37,102 nucleotides of DNA from an uncultured bacterium (GTDB lineage: Bacteria > Fidelibacterota > Marinisomatia > Marinisomatales > UBA1611): assembly GCA_938092125.1 (NCBI GenBank), contig CALKMQ010000053.1, positions 1 to 37,102 on the forward strand, written 5' to 3'. The position numbers and the translations under genes are program-made. Below are positions 16,506 to 24,941 of the stretch, piece by piece (within the stretch, counting starts at the first letter, position 1; every line of letters starts with the position of its first letter). A model generated the notes under the pieces. The model had not been told where the DNA came from and ran no database searches. It saw only the letters and a program-made list of their open reading frames with translations.

Positions 16506-17679
16506 TAATTCTATTCCTGGCTAAATCTTCTAATATCTCTTGCCCAACCCCTACTTGGTTACCAATTGCGTAAATAAGTGAATCATCAGGCAATTTTAAT
16601 ATCGCCTTACTAACGACGTCAGCCTTTTCATCAATTGAGAATATTATAACAATTGTTTCAGGTGAGTGGTGTTTAAGCTTGTTTATTTTTGCTTCAATCT
16701 TATCACCTCTTACAATTAAATATTCAGGTCGAATTTCTTCGAATGTAAGTTCTAACATTTGTTTTGTGCGCATCGGACGGTCATCTCTTGAATTAAAAAA
16801 TACCGCTGTTGCACTTTTGGTGGGATACCTATCAATTACAAATTTCCATATTTGCAATGTTGATACTGGGTCATTTGCTGCCATTCCATTTACAAACTGT
16901 AATGAACCTTTTTGCCCAATTAATTTCCAAACAATCAAAGCACCTAAATCTGGTTGAACCTGGTGCATACCTCCTATTGCTATATCTCTATCTACCCCTA
17001 ATTTTTCACACACATCCAATGCGATTGCTATATTTTGAGGATGCTCGATGTAACTAAAATTATCTATATATTCATTTGACAATGAATTTTCATCTGATAT
17101 AATGAAATCAGAGTTATTGTCGTATGTAACTTTTTTTATGATATTTTTGTGTTTTTGCTCAGCAGTCACAAGAACACCACCAACAGGAATTGAATTACAT
17201 AATGATTTTACAACATCCTCTTCTGTCGGCCCCATTTCATCTAAGTGGTCTGGTCTGGCATTGGTAATAACCCCTATATCTGATTTTACCATCTGATGTT
17301 CTGAAATCCACTGATATTGAGGTTGAACTGCCATACACTCCATTACAACCACATCTGGTTTTTCATCAGAAAAATATTTAAGTAATCTTACTTGTTCACC
17401 AATCGAGGGTTTCCTTAGTCTATGGATAATTCTATCAATTCCTTTAGAATCAATTACCCTAGGGGCCGTACCTGTAGTTTTAGCAAATGTACGTTTTCCT
17501 CCAGCTCTTAACCCTGCCGCTATAAGCCGGGTAACACTTGATTTTCCTCTGGTGCCGTTTACATGTATTCTAATTGGAATACCAGATAAGCTTATTTGAT
17601 GGTATCTAAATTCTAGTAGACCAGCAATAATTAGAAGAGTAGCGAGAAAACCAAGTATCAATAATGGCGAAATCAGCAT
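16498..17679 (-). CDS. pgsB: Poly-gamma-glutamate synthase PgsB/CapB (Mur-ligase-like amide ligase)
   Basis: N-terminal TM, then IRIHVNGTRGKSSVTRL (B. subtilis VRVNINGIRGKSTVTRL), PSIGEQ, VMECMAVQPQYQ (VSECMAVNPDYQ), GVITNARPDHLDEMGPT, FVNGMAANDPVSTLQIW (FVNGFAANDASSTLNIW), NSRDDRPMRT, IGNQVG. Confidence 0.95.
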   Translation of the reverse strand: MLISPLLILGFLATLLIIAGLLEFRYHQISLSGIPIRIHVNGTRGKSSVTRLIAAGLRAGGKRTFAKTTGTAPRVIDSKGIDRIIHRLRKPSIGEQVRLLKYFSDEKPDVVVMECMAVQPQYQWISEHQMVKSDIGVITNARPDHLDEMGPTEEDVVKSLCNSIPVGGVLVTAEQKHKNIIKKVTYDNNSDFIISDENSLSNEYIDNFSYIEHPQNIAIALDVCEKLGVDRDIAIGGMHQVQPDLGALIVWKLIGQKGSLQFVNGMAANDPVSTLQIWKFVIDRYPTKSATAVFFNSRDDRPMRTKQMLELTFEEIRPEYLIVRGDKIEAKINKLKHHSPETIVIIFSIDEKADVVSKAILKLPDDSLIYAIGNQVGVGQEILEDLARNRING

Positions 17680-17700
17680 ACCCGCTAGCCTAAGTTAAAA

Positions 17701-20700
17701 TTACTGATCGTAACCCATTACAATTTGAATAAGCCTTACCATATCCAAAATATTCACCATACCATCAGAATTTATATCTGCTAGATATGGGTTAAAATTT
17801 GTTTGATCTACAACGATATGGTCTATGAGAATAAGAAGATCATTCACATCAATCATTCCATCAGTATTTAAATCACCATCTAAACGTATTTCACTTCCAC
17901 GAGTGGTAATTAAAATCGCAGTTCCATCTGACAGAGGCATAGCTGCATCAGCATATGAATTATTAAAAGTATACTGTAGTCCTCGCTTCATCGTATGATC
18001 TTCAATACCTATGGTGCAATAGTTACCATGGATTTGACTCCAACTATAACTTCCATTGGAATCATTATTGAAATCTAAATATTGCATCAATATTTCACCA
18101 TCACCAGTAGGAGTAGTGTAATACATGGGGTCTTTTAAAATCACTTGAAATGTTTCAGGAGTATTATTTTGAAAAGTACGCACTCTAGACCATTGAACAA
18201 TAAACAGTTTATTAATTTCGTCATACCAAGTATAAACTCTGCCTGAATTTGTTAATTGTAAATCATCCCAAAAAACAGCGACCATTTTCCCTGGCCCTCC
18301 AGCACCTGGTAAAGGATAATTCCTAAATGAGCTTAAATCTGTTGCACCAAAGGATATCCACCCATTTGAACAAATACTTAAACTTTCATATTCTTGGCCG
18401 TAAAATCTAAAATTAAAAGGTAGGCTAACTGTCTGGACATCATCTCCATTATCGCCATTATCACTTAGAGAGTTTAAATACGTCCCATTTCCATCGTATC
18501 TAGCATCTATCTCAATCCAATCAAAAGATGGTGCAATAAGATAGTCTGTATCTCCACTATCATATATATAGTAGCCATGTTCATCTGGACCCATTGGATC
18601 ATTTTCCGACGGAATACCAATTTGAATTGTAATAACCGAAGAGGCTGAGTATCCATCATCAGAACTCAAAGAGACAATTAAATTAGCGATGGTTCCAGGA
18701 ATTACATCTTCTTCAGCGCGGATAATGAATGAATCCCCACTGTTTGAGCTAGAGCTATAGGAACCTGGATTGATTGATGACCAAGTAGCGGAATTATCAA
18801 CAATCTCTATTGCACTTGATGATGAGGTTATTTGACCTGTAATATTTTGTGCTACAGTGGACCCTATATTGTGTAATTGAATATGAACATTTGATATTTC
18901 CCCTGCTGACAAGACATCTTGACTACTACCAGAAACATCAATATTCGATGCATAAATATTTTTACCTGAAACAGAAAACTCTACATAACCTGTAGACAAA
19001 TAATCGTTGCTATTAGTGAGCGTTAGCAACAGTTTAATATTTGAATTATCATGCACATCGTTATTTACGCTAAATGTAAATGGGGACGAATCGTTACTAA
19101 CAATATCTCCTGATGTTAGATCTCCGTAAAAGAATGTATCATTTATAATTGTAACATTAGAATTTTCAGAAGAAAGAGTACCACTTATTTGGGAAGCATT
19201 TGCATTACCATAATTTGATACAGGAATAATCAGGTCTACTATTTCTCCAGAATTTATTTCTCCATCTCCGTTACCAATTGAAGAACCAGTTCCATTTTCA
19301 ATTAGGGATATGTTATCACCAAAAATATTTACACTGGCACCTGGATTGTAAATTTGAAAAGAGCTTTGATATGGGTAATGATTTTTTTTAGTAACTGTTA
19401 CAAGAATTTCGCCCTCCTGAACAATTGGAATCATTAATCGAATTGATCCGTTGGAGTCACTATAACCAGATTCTAAAACAGAACCTTCTTTATAAATTGT
19501 TACCCAAGCATCTTGCACAGGGTTGCCGCCACTGTTGGTAAGGGAAAAGTCTATAAAATTTGTACCTTTTGTTAAAGAATACAAATGCGATACATTTAGC
19601 ATTTCAGGATATTCTGTCCACATTTGAAGGGAGGCATCTCCCATGAGGCTATTCCAATGAGTGAAGGTAGAAACATATTGATTTGGGTTTGTAGGGTATG
19701 CTCGCGAAAGCCAAAGCTTACCAGCCATAAGAGCACCTCCAACTGAGTTTATATTTTCAACGATCGCGCCATGATAAAAACCCATATCAACCATATTATT
19801 AAACATAGTATGTGTACCTAGTGTTGCAGTACCGATACAAGCAACTGCAGCTCTTGGGTTTGAAGCAGTGCCAGCTCTTAAAAACGACTCAGATAATGAT
19901 TCTTCAGAACCGAAGGAACCTGTTCCACAGGTAATTACAGTGGCAATTGGAAGCATAAAACCATTATTTGAATTGCCCGGGTCATCATTTGTATAACCAC
20001 TTACACCGTAAAAACCTCTGTAATTAAAAAAGCCTACTCCATCATTAAGATTACTAGTCATCTGGCCAGGAAAATCCCCGGAATAAACAGTTCTTATGTC
20101 TTCATATCCATGATTTTGGAGAACTTCTTTAATATTATTATTTGTAATAATACATGAAACGCCTGAGGTAGAAGGGTCCCCAACTAAGCATGCTCTTTTG
20201 AACCAATTCTCACCCATATACGGGTTTGATTCATAATTAACAGTTTTACTTATAATAGTTTGTAAATGGCTTTGACTATCAAAAGAAAGCCGACCAACAA
20301 ATAATTCCGGGAATAAATCATTTCCAACTAATGTGGCATAAGGATGATCACCTTCTCCATTGTAACCACTCCAATTTTCAAAATGCGTTGGTATATCATA
20401 ACTACCTTCAGCATCGCCAACGATAGTAACATATTCTGGGGGATTGTCCCAACCTTCGTAAGCAGTTTCAATATAATCTTTAAGGTTATTGGAGTTATTT
20501 ACAATATTTGAACTAGATATATAGTTCACTTCATACCCCATTCTTTTTTTCCAATCCATAAGTACTTCAACCGTACCTAAAAGGTTTCCAATATTGTTTG
20601 GAAGAACATACAAAATCGAAGGTCTCTGATAAGGAATATTTTCACGATTTAAAGAAGAATAATTTGCAATCATTGACTCGTATAATGGCTCAAAAGCTCT

Positions 20701-21312
20701 TGACCGCTTTGAAGGATGAAACAACACTGCTTCACGATTACCATTTTCAACTAATTCTACTTCTATATCAATAAATTCTTCTAAGACCTTTTGATCAGGG
20801 TGATATCGAAATGGCGAAACTGTCAATGTAAGCAATGATAATTCTCGCATAGCCATCGGTTCAGATATCAAAGCAATATTAGCTGGATAATAATTATCAA
20901 TATCAGAATAGTTTGGTTCGGAGACTACGACTTCATTTGCGTTATTATCCCAAGAACCTTTTGCAACTAGATCAACATCATTAATAAAACGTGAAGAACT
21001 ATAGGTTACTTCAATTGAATAACTTTTATTTGGGTCAACTGCGATAAATGTTGTACTAGATGGCAAATCTGGCATTCCTGGCTCAGAAATTTGGCTAGAA
21101 TTTGAAAAAACCGGCTTTTTAAGAACTTTACCATTAACATCATTTTTGGATTCAATAATATATTCTGGCATAGTGTAGGTGATGAGACCGTTACCATTGT
21201 TTTTGACTTCATACTTAAACCCCGGATCTTTTGAAATAGACATTGGGCTTTCAGCACCAAATAATGTGTAGGAAAAAAATATAAACGATATAACTTTGAT
21301 TTTCATTTTCAA
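17701..21312 (-). CDS. Peptidase C25 (gingipain-like) family protein with propeptide-like N-domain, CARDB/Ig-like repeats, NIDO-like domain and C-terminal dockerin
   Basis: The likely real start is the ATG at 21306 (MKIKVISFIFFSYTLFGA). C25 blocks: YVTIVGD, ELFVGRLS, FFNYRGFYGVSGY, LPIATVITCGTGSF, SESFLRAG, LMGDASL. Propeptide-like LTLTVSPFRYHP. The C-terminus has two DxNxDGxxxxxD segments instead of a CTD. Confidence 0.9.
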   Translation of the reverse strand: MKMKIKVISFIFFSYTLFGAESPMSISKDPGFKYEVKNNGNGLITYTMPEYIIESKNDVNGKVLKKPVFSNSSQISEPGMPDLPSSTTFIAVDPNKSYSIEVTYSSSRFINDVDLVAKGSWDNNANEVVVSEPNYSDIDNYYPANIALISEPMAMRELSLLTLTVSPFRYHPDQKVLEEFIDIEVELVENGNREAVLFHPSKRSRAFEPLYESMIANYSSLNRENIPYQRPSILYVLPNNIGNLLGTVEVLMDWKKRMGYEVNYISSSNIVNNSNNLKDYIETAYEGWDNPPEYVTIVGDAEGSYDIPTHFENWSGYNGEGDHPYATLVGNDLFPELFVGRLSFDSQSHLQTIISKTVNYESNPYMGENWFKRACLVGDPSTSGVSCIITNNNIKEVLQNHGYEDIRTVYSGDFPGQMTSNLNDGVGFFNYRGFYGVSGYTNDDPGNSNNGFMLPIATVITCGTGSFGSEESLSESFLRAGTASNPRAAVACIGTATLGTHTMFNNMVDMGFYHGAIVENINSVGGALMAGKLWLSRAYPTNPNQYVSTFTHWNSLMGDASLQMWTEYPEMLNVSHLYSLTKGTNFIDFSLTNSGGNPVQDAWVTIYKEGSVLESGYSDSNGSIRLMIPIVQEGEILVTVTKKNHYPYQSSFQIYNPGASVNIFGDNISLIENGTGSSIGNGDGEINSGEIVDLIIPVSNYGNANASQISGTLSSENSNVTIINDTFFYGDLTSGDIVSNDSSPFTFSVNNDVHDNSNIKLLLTLTNSNDYLSTGYVEFSVSGKNIYASNIDVSGSSQDVLSAGEISNVHIQLHNIGSTVAQNITGQITSSSSAIEIVDNSATWSSINPGSYSSSSNSGDSFIIRAEEDVIPGTIANLIVSLSSDDGYSASSVITIQIGIPSENDPMGPDEHGYYIYDSGDTDYLIAPSFDWIEIDARYDGNGTYLNSLSDNGDNGDDVQTVSLPFNFRFYGQEYESLSICSNGWISFGATDLSSFRNYPLPGAGGPGKMVAVFWDDLQLTNSGRVYTWYDEINKLFIVQWSRVRTFQNNTPETFQVILKDPMYYTTPTGDGEILMQYLDFNNDSNGSYSWSQIHGNYCTIGIEDHTMKRGLQYTFNNSYADAAMPLSDGTAILITTRGSEIRLDGDLNTDGMIDVNDLLILIDHIVVDQTNFNPYLADINSDGMVNILDMVRLIQIVMGYDQ
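17713..17880 (-). other. Type I dockerin-like module (two Ca-binding loop/helix segments)
   Basis: DGDLNTDGMIDVNDLLILIDHIV ... ADINSDGMVNILDMVRLIQIVMG. This is a duplicated ~22-aa segment with the D-x-N-x-D-G-x-(I/V)-x-x-x-D pattern of dockerins. Confidence 0.75.
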
Positions 21313-21319
21313 ATCTCTT

Positions 21320-21967
21320 TTAATTAAATATTAAATAATGAAATATGTTAGGAAAATAAAAACTTCCAACAAAGGTTACAAGAGAGGCGATTGCTAGATA
21401 TGGCGCAAACGGCAATGCTCTGTTTCTATCAAAACCTTTAATAACAGCTATAATTATCCAAACGATTAAACTTAAAAATGATGCGCCAAAAAGTGTAAGT
21501 GCCATTCTCATTGGTCCTAGCCAAATACCTAAGACAAAGCCAAGTTGAATATCTCCATAGCCCATCCCTTGTCTTTTTGTAATAAGAAAAATAAGCCAAA
21601 TCAATGCTAGAGGTATTATGGAACCAACAACTACACCATAAAATGCAGTCTTATAATTAAATGTCCCATTTACAACACCATATAGAACTATTATAGACCC
21701 AACGACAATGAATAGAAGCGGAATTTGAAAAGTGTGAAAATCTACCCAGCTAATTGCAAAAAGCAATCCTGCAAGCAAGCTAAAAATTACAGCTTCCATT
21801 GGCGGCAATGCATAAGTACCCCACAGCCACGATAATGCGCAAAATGCTTCCATTTTGTAATCATTTTTTCTAATAAAAAATCCCTCGACATTCAACCAAT
21901 TAATAGAAAATTTTAATGACCTTGCGTAAAGATAACTGATGCATAATATTAAAAAGACATTTAACAT
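21320..21967 (-). CDS. pilD: Prepilin peptidase (A24 family), short form without the N-terminal methyltransferase/Cys-rich domain
   Basis: Polytopic membrane protein. First catalytic Asp context AISWVDFHTFQIP; second in RQGMGYGDIQLGFVLG (GxGD). ATG at 21967 lies 5 nt after the pilC stop; an alternative ATG is at 21853. At most 215 aa, with no CxxC pairs upstream of the peptidase core. Confidence 0.85.
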   Translation of the reverse strand: MLNVFLILCISYLYARSLKFSINWLNVEGFFIRKNDYKMEAFCALSWLWGTYALPPMEAVIFSLLAGLLFAISWVDFHTFQIPLLFIVVGSIIVLYGVVNGTFNYKTAFYGVVVGSIIPLALIWLIFLITKRQGMGYGDIQLGFVLGIWLGPMRMALTLFGASFLSLIVWIIIAVIKGFDRNRALPFAPYLAIASLVTFVGSFYFPNIFHYLIFN

Positions 21968-21972
21968 TTTTA

Positions 21973-23220
21973 TTATAAACCCGACTGTAATGCAGATCCA
22001 AGATGAAAGACTGGTAGATAAGTTAAAACAACCATAAGAGCAATAACAGCGCCTACCATCAATATTAGAAGAGGCTCAATCAAAGTAGTCATCCGTTCTA
22101 CCAAAGCGTTCACCTGCTTGTGATAATAATCAGCTGCTCTATCAAGTAAATCATCAATTTCCCCAGTTTCTTCACCTGTAGAAACAAGTTGAAGCAAAAT
22201 TGAGGGGAAAACTTCAGTTCTTCGAAGCGCTGTTGAGATATTGTAACCATCTCTAATATAATTTGACGCATCCTGAACTGCTTTTTCGTATACTTTGTTT
22301 CCAACTACTTTTTTTAATAGCACCATTGCTTCAAGAACAGGGACACCAGCACCAATCAAGATTCCAAAGGTTTTACAAAATTTATTTAGTATGGATTGAT
22401 TAAGCAAACTTCCAAACACTGGAATTTTCAATTTAACAGTATCAATGATGAATCCTCCACGCTGGGTTTTTGAAATTAAGAAAAGCACCAAAAACACAAC
22501 AATAAAGTTAAAAAACATAAAACCTAAATTTTCAGTTACCCAGGCACTCGCATCCATCATTTTTTTAGTTGCTCCAGGGAGCGATGCCCCAAGTTGAGAA
22601 TAGACTTCAGAAAACTTTGGAATTATCCAAATAAACATTGCTAATACCATACACCCTAGAAAAATGACCATAAAAATCGGATAAGTCATCGCCCCTTTTA
22701 CTTTTCTTCGAGTATCATCAAGATTTTCAAGGTATGAAGCCAACTGATCTAATATCTCATTTAAGTTTCCACTGACTTCACCAGCTTTTGTCATCGCAAC
22801 AAAAAGGTTATTAAAAACACCTGGATGACGAGATAATGATTCAGAAAGGTTTAATCCTTTACGGATACTAGAGCCTACTTCAGTAAGTATTTTTTTAAAC
22901 TTATTATGCTTTTCTTCAATAGAAAGAGCGCTTATAGCCCTTTCGAGAGTTAATCCAGCACTAAACATTGTAGCCAGCTGCCTAGTAAAGAACACAAGAT
23001 TTGCTAAAGGCACTCTATTTTTTAGTCTTTCGAAAGTCAGATTAATTTCATCAAGAAATGGCCCTAGAAAATCAAAAGTAGTATCAACCTCTTTTAAGGT
23101 AATAACGATCTGCCCATTCGCAGTGAGCTTTTGAATGGCTAAATCCATTGATTCAGCACGAATATCACCCTCAGACCTATTGCCTTCATCATTTTTAACT
23201 AAGTAATGGAATACGCTCAC
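21973..23220 (-). CDS. pilC: Type IV pilus platform protein PilC (GspF family)
   Basis: N-terminus SVFHYLVKNDEGNRSEGDIRAES is typical of PilC. Two T2SSF-like halves (FTRQLATMFSAGLTLERAI; FCKTFGILIGAGVPVLEAM) and three TM segments. GTG start overlaps the pilB TAG by 1 nt. Confidence 0.9.
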   Translation of the reverse strand: MSVFHYLVKNDEGNRSEGDIRAESMDLAIQKLTANGQIVITLKEVDTTFDFLGPFLDEINLTFERLKNRVPLANLVFFTRQLATMFSAGLTLERAISALSIEEKHNKFKKILTEVGSSIRKGLNLSESLSRHPGVFNNLFVAMTKAGEVSGNLNEILDQLASYLENLDDTRRKVKGAMTYPIFMVIFLGCMVLAMFIWIIPKFSEVYSQLGASLPGATKKMMDASAWVTENLGFMFFNFIVVFLVLFLISKTQRGGFIIDTVKLKIPVFGSLLNQSILNKFCKTFGILIGAGVPVLEAMVLLKKVVGNKVYEKAVQDASNYIRDGYNISTALRRTEVFPSILLQLVSTGEETGEIDDLLDRAADYYHKQVNALVERMTTLIEPLLILMVGAVIALMVVLTYLPVFHLGSALQSGL

Positions 23221-24941
23221 TATAAATCCTCGACAGTTGACCTCAACACTTCCTCAACACTAGTAGTGCCATCTAGGACTCTTTCATTTCCAGCGTCCCT
23301 AAGTGTTACCATCCCATTTTTAATAGCAGCCTGCCTTATTTCGTCTTCATTTGCACTATCAAAAACAAGTTTTCTTAATTCTCTTGCCATAGGAATCATT
23401 TCAAAAATAGCTGTTCTTCCTCTGTAGCCAGTATTTCTGCAATCGGTGCAACCTTTTGCTTTATTAAGCTCTCCTTTCACATCTTTAGTTTCTAATCCAA
23501 TCAATGCAAGTTCATCAGCCGTTGGAGCATATGATTCTTTACATTTATCACACAACTTTCTAACCAATCTTTGAGCCATAACTAAGTTTAGGCAAGAACC
23601 TACCAAAAATGGAGCAATTCCAATATCTAGCAATCTTGTTAAAGTACCCGGAGCATCATTAGCGTGAACAGTTGAAAAGACCAAGTGGCCTGTCAAAGAA
23701 AATTTAACAGCAATATCTGCTGTCTCCTCATCTCTAATCTCACCAATTAATAATACATCTGGATCTTGACGCAAGATTGATCGCAACGAAGAACCAAAGG
23801 TAAGACCGATATCTTCAAAAATCTGAACTTGGGTAATACCATCGAGTTGATACTCGACAGGATCTTCGACAGTAATAATATTTGTTTTTTCATCTTTTAT
23901 CTGCTTAAGTGCAGCATATAAAGAAGTTGATTTTCCAGAACCTGTCGGTCCCGATACAACGACCATGCCATAAGGTTGACTAATGACTTTTTTAAAAACG
24001 CTTAGATTTTTTTTAGGAAAGCCCAAGGTTGTAAGATTAAAATCAAATCCACTTTTGTCTAGCAACCTCATTACAATTTTTTCCCCATGCACTGTAGGTA
24101 AAATAGACACACGAACATCTAAGTCTTTTGCTGCTGTCTTGATAGAGAACCTACCATCTTGCGGTAATCTTTTTTCTGCGATATTAAGTTTTGACAATAT
24201 TTTTATTCTTGTAACTAGGCCGCTAAGAGAAGTAGACGGCGGAGTCATAATAATTTGAAGAACACCATCAATACGTATTCTCACATTTACTTTGCTCTCT
24301 TGCGGCTCAACGTGGATATCTGTAGCGCGCTCTTTTATTGCTTCCTGTAGAATTAAATTAACTAGCTTTACTATTGGAGCATCTTCATCGCTAGCATTCT
24401 CTGGGGATAGGTCTACCTCTTCTGCTGAATCCTCATCTCCTGAAATAACAGTAATACCTTGTATAGCCTCTTCAACTTTACCTGCTTTTGTAATTTCACC
24501 ATAAAGTTGATCCATCGCTTTATTAATTAAATCAAAACCAGCGACAACAATGTCGGGCTCTAAACCAGTTAAACGTTTCACTGAATCTATCGTGGCAATA
24601 TCTTCAGGATCTTCCATCACTATCGTGACAGCACTATCTGATCTTTTTACCGCTAAAACTGAATTAGATCTAGCAAAATCTTCAGGTATTAAACCAACTG
24701 CATCTTGATCTGCTTCCAAAAGCAAAAAATTATCTGCTTTACGATATCCCATTTGCATTGAGTAAGCTGTAATAAAATCATCTTCGTCAATATACCCCAT
24801 AGAAATCAAAACTTGCCCTAATTTTTCATTAGTCTTTTTTTGTTCAGCTAACGCACTATTTAATTTGCTTTCATCAATTTTTGAAGCATGAATTAAAATT
24901 TCGCCAATTTTTTGAAATTGCGGATTAAAATCACTAGCCAT
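23220..24941 (-). CDS. pilB: Type IV pilus assembly ATPase PilB (GspE family) with MshEN/T2SSE_N-type N-domain
   Basis: Walker A VSGPTGSGKST, Asp/His boxes, Walker B DVLLIGEIRD, and tetracysteine CDKC...CTDCRNTGYRGR. I place the start at the ATG 24939-24941 (MASDF...), which overlaps the upstream TAA as TAATG. The ORF track extends to a GTG at 24950. Confidence 0.93.
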   Translation of the reverse strand: MASDFNPQFQKIGEILIHASKIDESKLNSALAEQKKTNEKLGQVLISMGYIDEDDFITAYSMQMGYRKADNFLLLEADQDAVGLIPEDFARSNSVLAVKRSDSAVTIVMEDPEDIATIDSVKRLTGLEPDIVVAGFDLINKAMDQLYGEITKAGKVEEAIQGITVISGDEDSAEEVDLSPENASDEDAPIVKLVNLILQEAIKERATDIHVEPQESKVNVRIRIDGVLQIIMTPPSTSLSGLVTRIKILSKLNIAEKRLPQDGRFSIKTAAKDLDVRVSILPTVHGEKIVMRLLDKSGFDFNLTTLGFPKKNLSVFKKVISQPYGMVVVSGPTGSGKSTSLYAALKQIKDEKTNIITVEDPVEYQLDGITQVQIFEDIGLTFGSSLRSILRQDPDVLLIGEIRDEETADIAVKFSLTGHLVFSTVHANDAPGTLTRLLDIGIAPFLVGSCLNLVMAQRLVRKLCDKCKESYAPTADELALIGLETKDVKGELNKAKGCTDCRNTGYRGRTAIFEMIPMARELRKLVFDSANEDEIRQAAIKNGMVTLRDAGNERVLDGTTSVEEVLRSTVEDL

